39,029 bases of DNA from Octopus bimaculoides (lineage: Eukaryota), in the NCBI RefSeq assembly GCF_001194135.2, contig NC_068985.1, positions 96,354,106 to 96,393,134 of the forward strand, given 5' to 3'. Position 1 is the first letter of the stretch; the number at the start of each line of letters is the position of its first letter. Of the stretch, positions 22,022 through 33,480 are shown in pieces. Position numbers and translations under genes: made by a program. Below the pieces are notes generated by a model. The model was not told where the DNA came from. It worked only from the letters and a program-made list of their open reading frames with translations, and made no database searches.

Positions 22022-22416
22022 CGTAGTCTGATCAAGAAGTATCCGGACTGTTGCACAGTAACGAGGCTAAAGCACACAGAGTAAAGCCACTTACCACAGA
22101 TTGACCTTGAACACTGCTGTGCATGCGCATTAAGTTTTAACATTCTAGTTCACTTCCGCTGTTTACAGCAGTGCTTGGAAAGAAAGTGTGTAGCGTGTGA
22201 TCGTTGCATTGACCATGATAGACAAAGTTGTCATGGCGATATCTGCTCAGAGGCCTACGAAGAGTTGCAGAAAGTGTAATGGAGAGGAGTGTATGAGCCG
22301 TACACAAGTGTACGAATGGTTGAGACGTTTCGAAAGTGGTCGAAAAAATATCGATATTGACGAACGTTCTGGGAGAGCCGCAACCAGCAGAACTGGGGAA
22401 AATATCGCAGATGTCA
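22022..22416 (+). mobile_element. Mariner 5' end (same family as 17083-17481) with transposase HTH pseudogene
   Basis: TA + CGTAGTCTGATCAAGAAGTATCCGGACT; ~200-nt 5'UTR aligns to rc of 17285-17481; peptide ECMSRTQVYEWLRRFESGRKNIDIDERSGRAATSRTGENIADV. Confidence 0.9.
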
Positions 22417-22473
22417 AATATTCTTCCCTTACAAGGGTAAGAGCAGGCGTGGCAGTGTGCTAAGAAGCTTGAT

Positions 22474-22566
22474 AAGGCGGCGAGCAGGCAGAATCGTTAG
22501 CACGCCGGGCGAAATGCTTAGCGGTATTTCGACTGCCGCTACGTTCTGAGTTCAAATTCTGCCGAG
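22474..22566 (+). mobile_element. SINE family A head
   Basis: AAGGCGGCGAGCAGGCAGAATCGTTAGCACGCCGGGCGAAATGCTTAGCGGTATTTCG...GAGTTCAAATTCTGCCGAG. Confidence 0.9.
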
Positions 22567-22904
22567 CCGCTTGAAACAGCCGTAATGCACTGATACCTGG
22601 ATATCTTTGTTACTTATTTGGTTTTTATTCACCTAACTTCGAGCTGTGCGGACAATACGGGACTGACTTGATGCCTCAATTTAAGCACCTAATTCAACTG
22701 AATCTTAATTATATATATGATATATNNNNNNNNNNNNNNNNNNNNNNNNNNNNNNNNNNNNNNNNNNNNNNNNNNNNNNNNNNNNNNNNNNNNNNNNNNN
22801 NNNNNNNNNNNNNNNNNNNNNNNNNNNNNNNNNNNNNNNNNNNNNNNNNNNNNNNNNNNNNNNNNNNNNNNNNNNNNNNNATATATATATATATATATAT
22901 ACGT

Positions 22905-23100
22905 GTGTGTGTGTTCTTCACCACCGCTTTATAACCGGTGTTAGTGTGCTTACATCCCCGCAACTATATAACGTAGCGGCTCGGCGAAAGACATCGAGTA
23001 TCAAGTTAATAAAAATAAGTCCTGGGGGCGATTCATTCGACTAAAAATTCTTCATGTGGTACCCCAGCATGGCCGCAGTCTAATAACTGAAACAAGAAAA
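22905..23100 (+). mobile_element. SINE C portion following (TA)n/(TG)n
   Basis: CCACCGCTT.ATAACCGGTGTTAGTGTG...CCCAGCATGGCCGCAGTCTAATAACTGAAACAAG. Confidence 0.8.
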
Positions 23101-23522
23101 AAAATTTTTTTTAATGTACACACATACACACTACACACACATATATATACACACATATGTGTATGTATGTGTGCATGTGTGTCAGTGAGCGTAGGAGGCA
23201 AATCTTACTGGCGCTGTAAATTAATTCTCTATAAACATTCAGTTAATCAAAACTATACTAATTGAACATATCAATTCATTAAAAAATGCAGTAATTAGTC
23301 CAATAACCTTCAAAATATTTTGTTAAATGTCATTTTTAGCATATTTCAAAGCGATATATACAAATCAACAGTTTACTTCTGTAGAAAACGGGCGAAATAC
23401 ATTCTTATGCGATTATTTCTTCGAAGACTCTTTTCTTGAATTCCTTTACACTACATCTTTTTGTCTGTAAGCGTGTCTTTTTGTCCACCAAACCCATTTT
23501 AGGGGCGATGTATATTGACATA

Positions 23523-23686
23523 AAGGCGGCGAGCTGGCAGAAACGTTAGCACGCCGGGAGAAATGCTTAGCGGTATTTCGTCTGTCTTTATGTTCTGAGT
23601 TCAAATTCCGCCGGGGATGACTTTGTCTTTTATCCTTTTGGAGTCTATAAATTAAGTACCAGTTGCGCACTGGGGTCGATCTAATC
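23523..23686 (+). mobile_element. tRNA-derived SINE family A with conserved central-domain motif
   Basis: A-box TGGCAGAAACG, B-box GAGTTCAAATTCC, then GACTTTG.CTTT.ATCCTTT.GG.GTC.ATAAATTAAGTACCAG, resembling a widespread metazoan SINE central domain (Meta or Nin/Deu type; exact assignment needs alignment). Confidence 0.85.
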
Positions 23687-24252
23687 TCACTGTATATAAA
23701 GATACTTATAGAAAGACATGCTGGGAAGTTAGAAATGGCAGTTAAATGCCATACAATAGCTGTGACCAAACATGTTGATCTCATTGATTGTTTTAGATAT
23801 GCGACCTTTAACATGTTCTCTACTTCTGCGTATTTTGTGTTTTTTGGTGGGATCTGGTATCAATTTATAAACAGTTTAAATTTGAAAAGTATTATTTTTA
23901 GCCGTGCAAATTGGGGTCGACTGTAGATATGCTTAAGTAACTGCACACACACACACACGCACACACACACACACACACANNNNNNNNNNNNNNNNNNNNN
24001 NNNNNNNNNNNNNNNNNNNNNNNNNNNNNNNNNNNNNNNNNNNNNNNNNNNNNNNNNNNNNNNNNNNNNNNNNNNNNNNNNNNNNNNNNNNNNNNNNNNN
24101 NNNNNNNNNNNNNNNNNNNNNNNNNNNNNNNNNNNNNNNNNNNNNNNNNNNNNNNNNNNNNNNNNNNNNNNNNNNNNNNNNNNNNNNNNNNNNNNNNNNN
24201 NNNNNNNNNNNNNNNNNNNNNNNNNNNNNNNNNNNNNNNNNNNNNNNNNNNN

Positions 24253-24524
24253 AACATCCCCTTCATCAGCTGCCACCATTAAAACTCCGGCGTTTCGAAG
24301 AATTAAGGCAGTACGCATCGTTAAAATGGTTCTTCCCACGAACACAAATTAAATTGTTTTCGTGGAGGGTAGTGGCGGACGGAAAACAAGACAGGAAAAC
24401 GAAACGGTGAAATAAACAAACAAAAAGGCTGTACAGCCAGACGTGAAGTGTGTATGTCTTGAACGCTGTGAAGCACGTACAGGAGGTGCAAAGAAGTACG
24501 TGCGAGCTTGGTGATTCCAAGAAC

Positions 24525-24525
<1 letters not shown>
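24253..24525 (-). mobile_element. Putative Penelope-like terminal repeat fragment with hammerhead half-motifs, truncated by gap
   Basis: On -: T-rich stretch then TCTTC-GAAA-CGCCGGAG-TT...CAG-CTGATGA-AGGGGA at the gap edge. Confidence 0.4.
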
Positions 24526-24568
<43 letters not shown>

Positions 24569-24723
24569 TGATTGATTGATAGATATACATATATATGACC
24601 TAGTAAATACATCTATATGACCTAGTTGTAAATACATCTATATATATATGTATATTTGTTTAATAAACATACATTTAGCATTCTTAAATAGACTCGATGA
24701 TCAAAATACAGTATGGACTGAAG

Positions 24724-24771
24724 AACAACTCTACTAGTTTCGTCACTTTTTACGAACTCATCAGAAATGTT
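24724..24771 (-). ncRNA. Minimal type I hammerhead ribozyme with canonical core
   Basis: AACATTT-CTGATGA-GTT(CGTAAAAAGT)GAC-GAAA-CTAG-TA-GAGTTGTT: all core nucleotides canonical, stem II G-C/U-A/U.G, palindromic stem III ACTAGT, GUA triplet, weak stem I (7 bp incl. 2 G.U and 1 bulge). Confidence 0.75.
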
Positions 24772-24804
24772 TACATCATCGAATCTACAAAGGGAGGGAG
24801 AGAG

Positions 24805-24853
<49 letters not shown>

Positions 24854-25317
24854 NNNNNNNNNNNNNNNNNNNNNNNNNNNNNNNNNNNNNNNNNNNNNNN
24901 NNNNNNNNNNNNNNNNNNNNNNNNNNNNNNNNNNNNNNNNNNNNNNNNNNNNNNNNNNNNNNNNNNNNNNNNNNNNNNNNNNNNNNNNNNNNNNNNNNNN
25001 NNNNNNNNNNNNNNNNNNNNNNNNNNNNNNNNNNNNNNNNNNNNNNNNNNNNNNNNNNNNNNNNNNNNNNNNNNNNNNNNNNNNNNNNNNNNNNNNNNNN
25101 NNNNNNNNNNNNNNNNNNNNNNNNNNNNNNNNNNNNNNNNNNNNNNNNNNNNNNNNNNNNNNNNNNNNNNNNNNNNNNNNNNNNNNNNNNNNNNNNNNNN
25201 NNNNNNNNNNNNNNNNNNNNNNNNNNNNNNNNNNNNNNNNNNNNNNNNNNNNNNNNNNNNNNNNNNNNNNNNNNNNNNNNNNNNNNNNNNNGTTCACAAC
25301 CCTTTTGTTTAAATGAG

Positions 25318-25344
25318 TTTTCCCACGGAACCCCTTTTAATATG

Positions 25345-25384
<40 letters not shown>

Positions 25385-25444
25385 TTTGAATTTAGTTCAC
25401 GGACCCCAGTACTACCTTTGTGGACCCCAGGTTGGGAACAGCTG
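25318..25444. mobile_element. hAT MITE right end
   Basis: GGACCCC repeats and terminal GGTTGGGAACAGCTG followed by GTCTAGTC. Confidence 0.65.
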
Positions 25445-25485
25445 GTCTAGTCCCTTGTCAGCCTTGATCGAGTTCATTACTTATT

Positions 25486-25616
25486 TCTTTATTGCCCATA
25501 AGGGGCTAAACACAGAGGGGACAAACAAGGACAGACAAAGGGATTAAGTCGATTACATCGACCCAGTGCGTAACTGGTACTTAATTTATCGACCCCGAAA
25601 GGATGAAAGGCAAAGG
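25486..25616 (-). mobile_element. SINE family A variant with alternative tail
   Basis: GTCGATTACATCGACCCAGTGCGTAACTGGTACTTAATTTATCGACCCCGAAAGGATGAAAGGCAAAG, preceded by a different tail (GGGGACAAACAAGGACAGAC). Confidence 0.8.
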
Positions 25617-25747
25617 TGGGTAGGTAGGTAGGTAGATGGATTGATCGGTAGATAGATAGATAGACAGACAGATAGGTGATAAGTAAATATATACATAGAT
25701 AAACAGACACAGATGTATGAAGAGACAGACAGACAGACAGATATCTG

Positions 25748-25900
25748 ACAGCATTTCTCTCTAGATTCCGTCAATCAAATTTCCCTCATAAGGTATTGGT
25801 CATTTCGAAGTTACGACAGAAAACACCTGCCCCAATTATTGTGCAGTTGGATTAAATCCGGGACCATTCGATTCCGAACCGAACTTTTTAACCACACACA
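25748..25900 (-). mobile_element. Diverged SINE B head
   Basis: TTCCGTCAATCAAATT.CCTCATAAGG...AAAACACCTGCCC...AACTTTTTAACCAC. Confidence 0.6.
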
Positions 25901-26281
25901 CATACCACTGTACTTGTAGCTTATTTTATCGATCTGTGAATGATGGAAAGTAAACTCAACCGCGGAGCATTTTGAACACAAAATCACAAAAGAACTCCAC
26001 TAAATGCTTTTGTCCGATCTTCTCTCAATTGTGCCACTCTATCTCACTTTATATTAGAAAACAGAAAGGAAAACAAAATATGGAGCTGAAAATGGGGTGG
26101 GGTGAAGTGGGGGAAGTGACAGTCTATGGTAATGGCGTCACTTCAAAGAGAATTTCTTAATTTAGACTAACAAAACCGTGCTGGGACCTGTTGCACCTGT
26201 ATACATCCAACAGAGACCTCTGGCTGTTAGCGTTGATTTGGTTGTGTGTAGAAGATTATACAGAAGCATACATGTATGTAG

Positions 26282-26328
<47 letters not shown>

Positions 26329-26595
26329 GAAGGGTATGGTAACTTGTATCAGTTTTCTTTGTTTCTTTTTAACCCCAGATGGTAACATCTGCTCATCTGC
26401 CACACCTAAACACACACACATAGAGGTGTATCTATGTATGCACGTGTGTGTGTGTGTGTGTATGGTGTGTGTGTGTATATGGTGTGTGTGTGTGCGTGTG
26501 CGTACGTTTGTACTTTGACGGGGCAACATGACAGTATTTTGTCTCGTTCGTAAAACATAAACATCGTCGAAGAATCCCTTATCATTTTACTAAGA

Positions 26596-26745
26596 AAGCG
26601 AATTGGCAGAATCTTTTGAGTATCGGAAATACTGGCTTAGCTATTCATTCCAGCTCTCTGTTCTCCGAGTTCGAATCTTGCAGAAATCATCTTGGTGTTT
26701 CGTCCTTTTGGATTCGAAGACTGAAATACCGGAATTATATTCGAT
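26596..26745 (+). mobile_element. Highly diverged SINE A-like remnant
   Basis: GCGAATTGGCAGAATC...GCTTAGC...CGAGTTCGAATCTTGC...CGTCCTTTTGG...AATACC. Confidence 0.45.
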
Positions 26746-28043
26746 TCGATTCTTCTCTCTGAATTTTATTTTTTAATTAAATGTCCACTCATGTCACATT
26801 GTGTCACGTGCGATGAAGGACGATTGCATGAATAAATGTGCAAAATAGAGTCCGGTGTTATCACCATAGGACATATGTAGAGATCGATTCTCATAGGTTT
26901 GTCCTATGATCAAATTTATTGCTTCTGTTCTGATGCTACTCTGATGCAGAGGGTGACAGTTCACTCCAAGGCTAATGATATCAAGAGCAATTACTCTACA
27001 AAGCAAATTGAAAATGATTAATGACCATTTTGGCCTTTAATGTCTGAAAATTTTCTAGTCACGTTTTCCATCGGCGACAACAAATGGACATCATTCATTT
27101 CCGGTAAAGAGATGTCACAGATTNNNNNNNNNNNNNNNNNNNNNNNNNNNNNNNNNNNNNNNNNNNNNNNNNNNNNNNNNNNNNNNNNNNNNNNNNNNNN
27201 NNNNNNNNNNNNNNNNNNNNNNNNNNNNNNNNNNNNNNNNNNNNNNNNNNNNNNNNNNNNNNNNNNNNNNNNNNNNNNNNNNNNNNNNNNNNNNNNNNNN
27301 NNNNNNNNNNNNNNNNNNNNNNNNNNNNNNNNNNNNNNNNNNNNNNNNNNNNNNNNNNNNNNNNNNNNNNNNNNNNNNNNNNNNNNNNNNNNNNNNNNNN
27401 NNNNNNNNNNNNNNNNNNNNNNNNNNNNNNNNNNNNNNNNNNNNNNNNNNNNNNNNNNNNNNNNNNNNNNNNNNNNNNNNNNNNNNNNNNNNNNNNNNNN
27501 NNNNNNNNNNNNNNNNNNNNNNNNNNNNNNNNNNNNNNNNNNNNNNNNNNNNNNNNNNNNNNNNNNNNNNNNNNNNNNNNNNNNNNNNNNNNNNNNNNNN
27601 NNNNNNNNNNNNNNNNNNNNNNNNNNNNNNNNNNNNNNNNNNNNNNNNNNNNNNNNNNNNNNNNNNNNNNNNNNNNNNNNNNNNNNNNNNNNNNNNNNNN
27701 NNNNNNNNNNNNNNNNNNNNNNNNNNNNNNNNNNNNNNNNNNNNNNNNNNNNNNNNNNNNNNNNNNNNNNNNNNNNNNNNNNNNNNNNNNNNNNNNNNNN
27801 NNNNNNNNNNNNNNNNNNNNNNNNNNNNNNNNNNNNNNNNNNNNNNNNNNNNNNNNNNNNNNNNNNNNNNNNNNNNNNNNNNNNNNNNNNNNNNNNNNNN
27901 NNNNNNNNNNNNNNNNNNNNNNNNNNNNNNNNNNNNNNNNNNNNNNNNNNNNNNNNNNNNNNNNNNNNNNNNNNNNNNNNNNNNNNNNNNNNNNNNNNNN
28001 NNNNNNNNNNNNNNNNNNNNNNNNNNNNNNNNNNNNNNNNNNN

Positions 28044-28077
<34 letters not shown>

Positions 28078-28744
28078 CATATATGTAGGCTGACGTTGCA
28101 CCATTCGCGTGATATATCTTAAAACTAAAAAAACTAAACTAACCAATATCTATACTGTATATACACACGCATTCACGCACACACAAACGCACATACGCAC
28201 ACTCACGCACACACACACATACACACGTGCATATGCATTCTTACATCAACGAGCCTATATAATTGGTTCAACTTATCAGAACCGACCCTTTTTTCAACAG
28301 AGATGTTGTACTTTGTATAGATCTACGCAATCCAATAATGACCCTTCATGTGGAAAAATTCTGTTGAAATATCAAAGAGATTATAAGAAACGTTAGAACA
28401 CATGATTAAGAATATTTTTCAAAGTATTTTGCTTAATATGAAAAATAATTTCAAAAACCAATCTTTACTATATGTTTTAGTATTTCTTCCAAGAACTGAT
28501 AAGCGTCTCAGAAAAGATTCTAATATTACGGAATGGTTGTTTAACAAAGGTAATTAAGAAAATACTAATCGAAAAAGTTGTCAAAGGTTTTGAACTTCAA
28601 AAGCTTAATAAGGAATAAAACTGGTTAGAAAAATATGTTGGAAACCTTCAAAGAATTTTCTAACTTTGGAAATTTTGCTCCGATTCTGCAACTTTTTGTC
28701 AACAATTTTCATAGGAAAATCTCAATCACCTGTTCTTATTTTTC

Positions 28745-28985
28745 TAGTTGTTATTATTATTTGTTATTGATTTTGTTGTTCATCATCACCATCATCTTCT
28801 TCTTCCCCGCCCTCCTCCTCTCCTCTCTCCTTCTCCTCCTCCTCTCCTTCCTCCTCCTCCTCCTCCTCTCCTTCTCTCTCCACCTCATTCTTCTCTTCTT
28901 CGTCCTCCTCCTCCCTCTTCTTCCTTCCATCTTCCTCCTCCTTCGCCGCCCCTTCTCCTCTTCCTCCTTTTCCTTTCCCCCCTTG
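28745..28985. repeat. (TTG/CAT/CCT/CTT)n compound trinucleotide and polypyrimidine tract
   Basis: Direct reading; ~190-bp near-pure pyrimidine stretch at 28795-28985. Confidence 0.9.
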
Positions 28986-29999
28986 TCTTCAAGTATAAAT
29001 GTTAACTCCTCATCTCTACGTGTTATACATTAAACACCAAGAAATTAATTGTTGTTGTTGCTGTTACTTTCGTCTAACCCCAAACACAGGCCTCATTAAG
29101 CAGACAGACCAGTGTTTAAAGACGTTCCATTTGCGACAAGTCTACATGTTTGCATATCAAATATTACACTATCCAACGTATTCTCGCCTGATCTGTTCTG
29201 ACTGGTCAAGCAACCTTAGAGCTACTCCTTTCGTCCTTTATCTTGGCAATTACAGTATACAATTGTTAAATAAAATGTGCTTTATTCTATATATTTCTGA
29301 TCGAATCATGTAATTAAAATCTTCAATGATAAAACAATTTCAAAATTCCATTTTGATAAAAATATATTAAAATTAGAATTTTAAATAGTTTTCTAGACAG
29401 TGCAAACTTTAATAATCCATTTCTTTTAGTAAAAGTTACATACTTATAACTAATTAACAAGCAGCTTTCTTTATTATAGCATACATGTATTTAGAAGTTG
29501 ATGACACCAGATTTGGTAGCTATGCCTCGACTCTAGAATTCCCTCTTTTCTTGAAAAGGTTGAAAGTTGGTTCCTGAAGATTATACATCTCCTTCTTTCT
29601 CAATCAGTTGTTCCTTGGTGGTTTTCATTTGTTACTTCTCAAAGCAAAGAGCTCGTTAAGGTTATTTCTATAGAAAATCTATAGAGATAATCTTAACAAG
29701 TGATGTGATAGCACTGCTAACATAGTAGAACAGTACGGACTTATAAAGACATTTAATATACTTTGTTATTTATTATGATTGCATAACGAAATACTTTGTC
29801 CCTACATGTCATTTCTAAAACGAAGAGCGTATTATTATTAATGACCTGTATCTAGCATGCTTTTTAGTATGCTTCCATGGTATTTAGCATGTTTTGCTTC
29901 GTCTTCGTTGTTCAAATTCATGCTTAATGGCCGCTATGAGTTATTTCTCACAGCTCGTTTCTATTACAAACCCACACGCACACGCACGTGCATACACAT

Positions 30000-30035
<36 letters not shown>

Positions 30036-30590
30036 TCATACACACAGACACGTTCACACACACACGCACATACTGATGTCACAGGAAAAATCATTACAAA
30101 ACAGGAAATCACAGAAAAAACTCACAGGAAAACATCAATAAACGATTGATTTAATGCCCTTTGTATTGTTTCCTTATTTTGTTTAAGATATTCAATAATA
30201 AAACGATTTTTCTTCACATTTATAACAACACCATTATATAAACTTTTGTTGCATTGTATTAAAGTCATTCATTGTTAATAAAATGGCTGAAAATATTTGC
30301 TTAATTCCTCTTTTATCTATGGTCCTAAGTGCTATGTAACATTTTTCGTGAGACACATTTTGCTTTTTATTTTTCTTTTCTTTTATTTTCTTTATCTATT
30401 TTGCACTTTATTGTGATTTCAGATCCGTTTACGATATTCTATTTTTAGTATCTGCACAATTTACACCAATTGCATTGCGCTTAGAGAATATCGAGTTCTC
30501 AGATAAATTTGTTGTTTTCTTTGCTTTTGTTTGCTTTGTTTTGTTTGTTTGTTTGTTTGTTTTTACTTGGCACTCCGTCGTCAAATTTTC

Positions 30591-30672
30591 TTTTACTTGT
30601 TTCAGTCATTTGACTGCGGCTATGCTGGAGCACCGCCTTTAGTCGCGCAAATCGACCTCAGGACTTATTCTT
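30591..30672 (-). mobile_element. SINE C tail
   Basis: TTTTACTTGTTTCAGTCATTTGACTGCGGCTATGCTGGAGCACCGCCTTTAGTCG...GGACTTATTCTTT. Confidence 0.9.
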
Positions 30673-31563
30673 TGAAAATACTTGTAGATAAAACCCATGT
30701 GAGCTACGTATGGAAGGAAGTGTGAGAAAAAGAGAACTGATAAAAACATTTTTATACTAAAATTAAGAGTGATTAAGAGTTTCAATTAAAAGATCCATAG
30801 AGTTCCATGTGTTTTTTAATAATATATAAATGGTATGTAAGGTATTTAATACAGTTCGAGGAAGTCCACTTTCCAGAGCTCATGTCCTGGTAGAAAAATG
30901 AATAAAAAAATCTTACAAACCATNNNNNNNNNNNNNNNNNNNNNNNNNNNNNNNNNNNNNNNNNNNNNNNNNNNNNNNNNNNNNNNNNNNNNNNNNNNNN
31001 NNNNNNNNNNNNNNNNNNNNNNNNNNNNNNNNNNNNNNNNNNNNNNNNNNNNNNNNNNNNNNNNNNNNNNNNNNNNNNNNNNNNNNNNNNNNNNNNNNNN
31101 NNNNNNNNNNNNNNNNNNNNNNNNNNNNNNNNNNNNNNNNNNNNNNNNNNNNNNNNNNNNNNNNNNNNNNNNNNNNNNNNNNNNNNNNNNNNNNNNNNNN
31201 NNNNNNNNNNNNNNNNNNNNNNNNNNNNNNNNNNNNNNNNNNNNNNNNNNNNNNNNNNNNNNNNNNNNNNNNNNNNNNNNNNNNNNNNNNNNNNNNNNNN
31301 NNNNNNNNNNNNNNNNNNNNNNNNNNNNNNNNNNNNNNNNNNNNNNNNNNNNNNNNNNNNNNNNNNNNNNNNNNNNNNNNNNNNNNNNNNNNNNNNNNNN
31401 NNNNNNNNNNNNNNNNNNNNNNNNNNNNNNNNNNNNNNNNNNNNNNNNNNNNNNNNNNNNNNNNNNNNNNATATATATATATATATATATATATTAACAT
31501 ACATACATATATATATAAACATATATAAACATACATATATATATATATACATGTATGTATATG

Positions 31564-31624
<61 letters not shown>

Positions 31625-33345
31625 ATACATATGTGAATATACGTATATACGTGTACACACACACACACACACACACACACGTAAGTGAATTCCCTCGCTA
31701 CTGCCCGATATTTAGTAAATAAAACTTCATCCACTCTTTATTTAGTTTATGTACACAAGTTTTAAGTTTTTTCTTTTTTGTTGTAAAAATATTTTACAGA
31801 AGAAATAAATTCACTGAAGCAGAAATTATCACAGTCCTCTCATGGTATATTATTGTACGTCTTCTCCTAAGTAGCTGATATATTTATTTATTTTTATCGT
31901 TCGCACTCAGTGACCTGCTCTGAGACATCAACAAATAACAAACCAAATATTCAAGACTGCCTTCATTGTCACAGACGTCTTTAGTCATCACTCCCACTCA
32001 GTCTTAAAGCTGTCTCGCTTTCTTTCCAACGAAATCAGAATCAAAATTACACACTCGTCAGATAAGGAGGATGTGTACACAGGGTCGCTCGTCCTGCTAG
32101 AAATAACAGTTAAATCTCTGTTGAACCTACTTTTAAATTTGGACAGTAAGTTCAAATCGGATCTTGCAATCTCTTCAGTTTCGCTCACAGATTTTTTACG
32201 CTTTTTTTTTTTTTTTTTAACTAAACAGCTTGAAACTTCGTATACTGGTGTAATTTCTCGCGCTGAACACGGTTTACTTTCGACATTTTTTACAAAATTT
32301 CGTATTTTAGAAGTTATTTCGTGTTAAAGTTGTATTTTGGGTAATTNNNNNNNNNNNNNNNNNNNNNNNNNNNNNNNNNNNNNNNNNNNNNNNNNNNNNN
32401 NNNNNNNNNNNNNNNNNNNNNNNNNNNNNNNNNNNNNNNNNNNNNNNNNNNNNNNNNNNNNNNNNNNNNNNNNNNNNNNNNNNNNNNNNNNNNNNNNNNN
32501 NNNNNNNNNNNNNNNNNNNNNNNNNNNNNNNNNNNNNNNNNNNNNNNNNNNNNNNNNNNNNNNNNNNNNNNNNNNNNNNNNNNNNNNNNNNNNNNNNNNN
32601 NNNNNNNNNNNNNNNNNNNNNNNNNNNNNNNNNNNNNNNNNNNNNNNNNNNNNNNNNNNNNNNNNNNNNNNNNNNNNNNNNNNNNNNNNNNNNNNNNNNN
32701 NNNNNNNNNNNNNNNNNNNNNNNNNNNNNNNNNNNNNNNNNNNNNNNNNNNNNNNNNNNNNNNNNNNNNNNNNNNNNNNNNNNNNNNNNNNNNNNNNNNN
32801 NNNNNNNNNNNNNNNNNNNNNNNNNNNNNNNNNNNNNNNNNNNNNNNNNNNNNNNNNNNNNNNNNNNNNNNNNNNNNNNNNNNNNNNNNNNNNNNNNNNN
32901 NNNNNNNNNNNNNNNNNNNNNNNNNNNNNNNNNNNNNNNNNNNNNNNNNNNNNNNNNNNNNNNNNNNNNNNNNNNNNNNNNNNNNNNNNNNNNNNNNNNN
33001 NNNNNNNNNNNNNNNNNNNNNNNNNNNNNNNNNNNNNNNNNNNNNNNNNNNNNNNNNNNNNNNNNNNNNNNNNNNNNNNNNNNNNNNNNNNNNNNNNNNN
33101 NNNNNNNNNNNNNNNNNNNNNNNNNNNNNNNNNNNNNNNNNNNNNNNNNNNNNNNNNTATATATATATATATATATATAATCCAAAAACGAAATATATAT
33201 ATATATATATATTATTACAATTAAAAGGGTAAAGGATTATCAATTTATTAATAAATTAATAATTAATAATTTTTACCAAGCCCTTCGGTATGTAAGTACC
33301 ATTATCGGTGTGGAACTTATTTAAAAGTTCTTATACATTTATAAA

Positions 33346-33480
33346 CAAAATTAAGGGTTCAGCAACAGGTTGCTTCACCACATACTGAAGTTCAGAAATA
33401 GCAGCTAAACATGCTGAAATTCCAACAGATAGCAGTTAAATAAAATGGGTCCTTGGTGTTGAAAAGGTTGGGTTCCACTG
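33346..33480. mobile_element. hAT MITE right end
   Basis: GGGTCCTTGG...AAAAGGTTGGGTTCCACTG followed by GTTTAGTC. Confidence 0.55.

Noticed and set aside
28301-28396. Possible exon after strong acceptor CCCTTTTTTCAACAG
   Set aside because: No recognisable peptide and only weak donors; insufficient evidence.
32165-32195. Minus-strand CTGTGAGCGAAAC and CTGAAGA-GAT..ATC
   Set aside because: Core is incomplete and there is no NUH or stem III; probably subterminal sequence of a DNA transposon.
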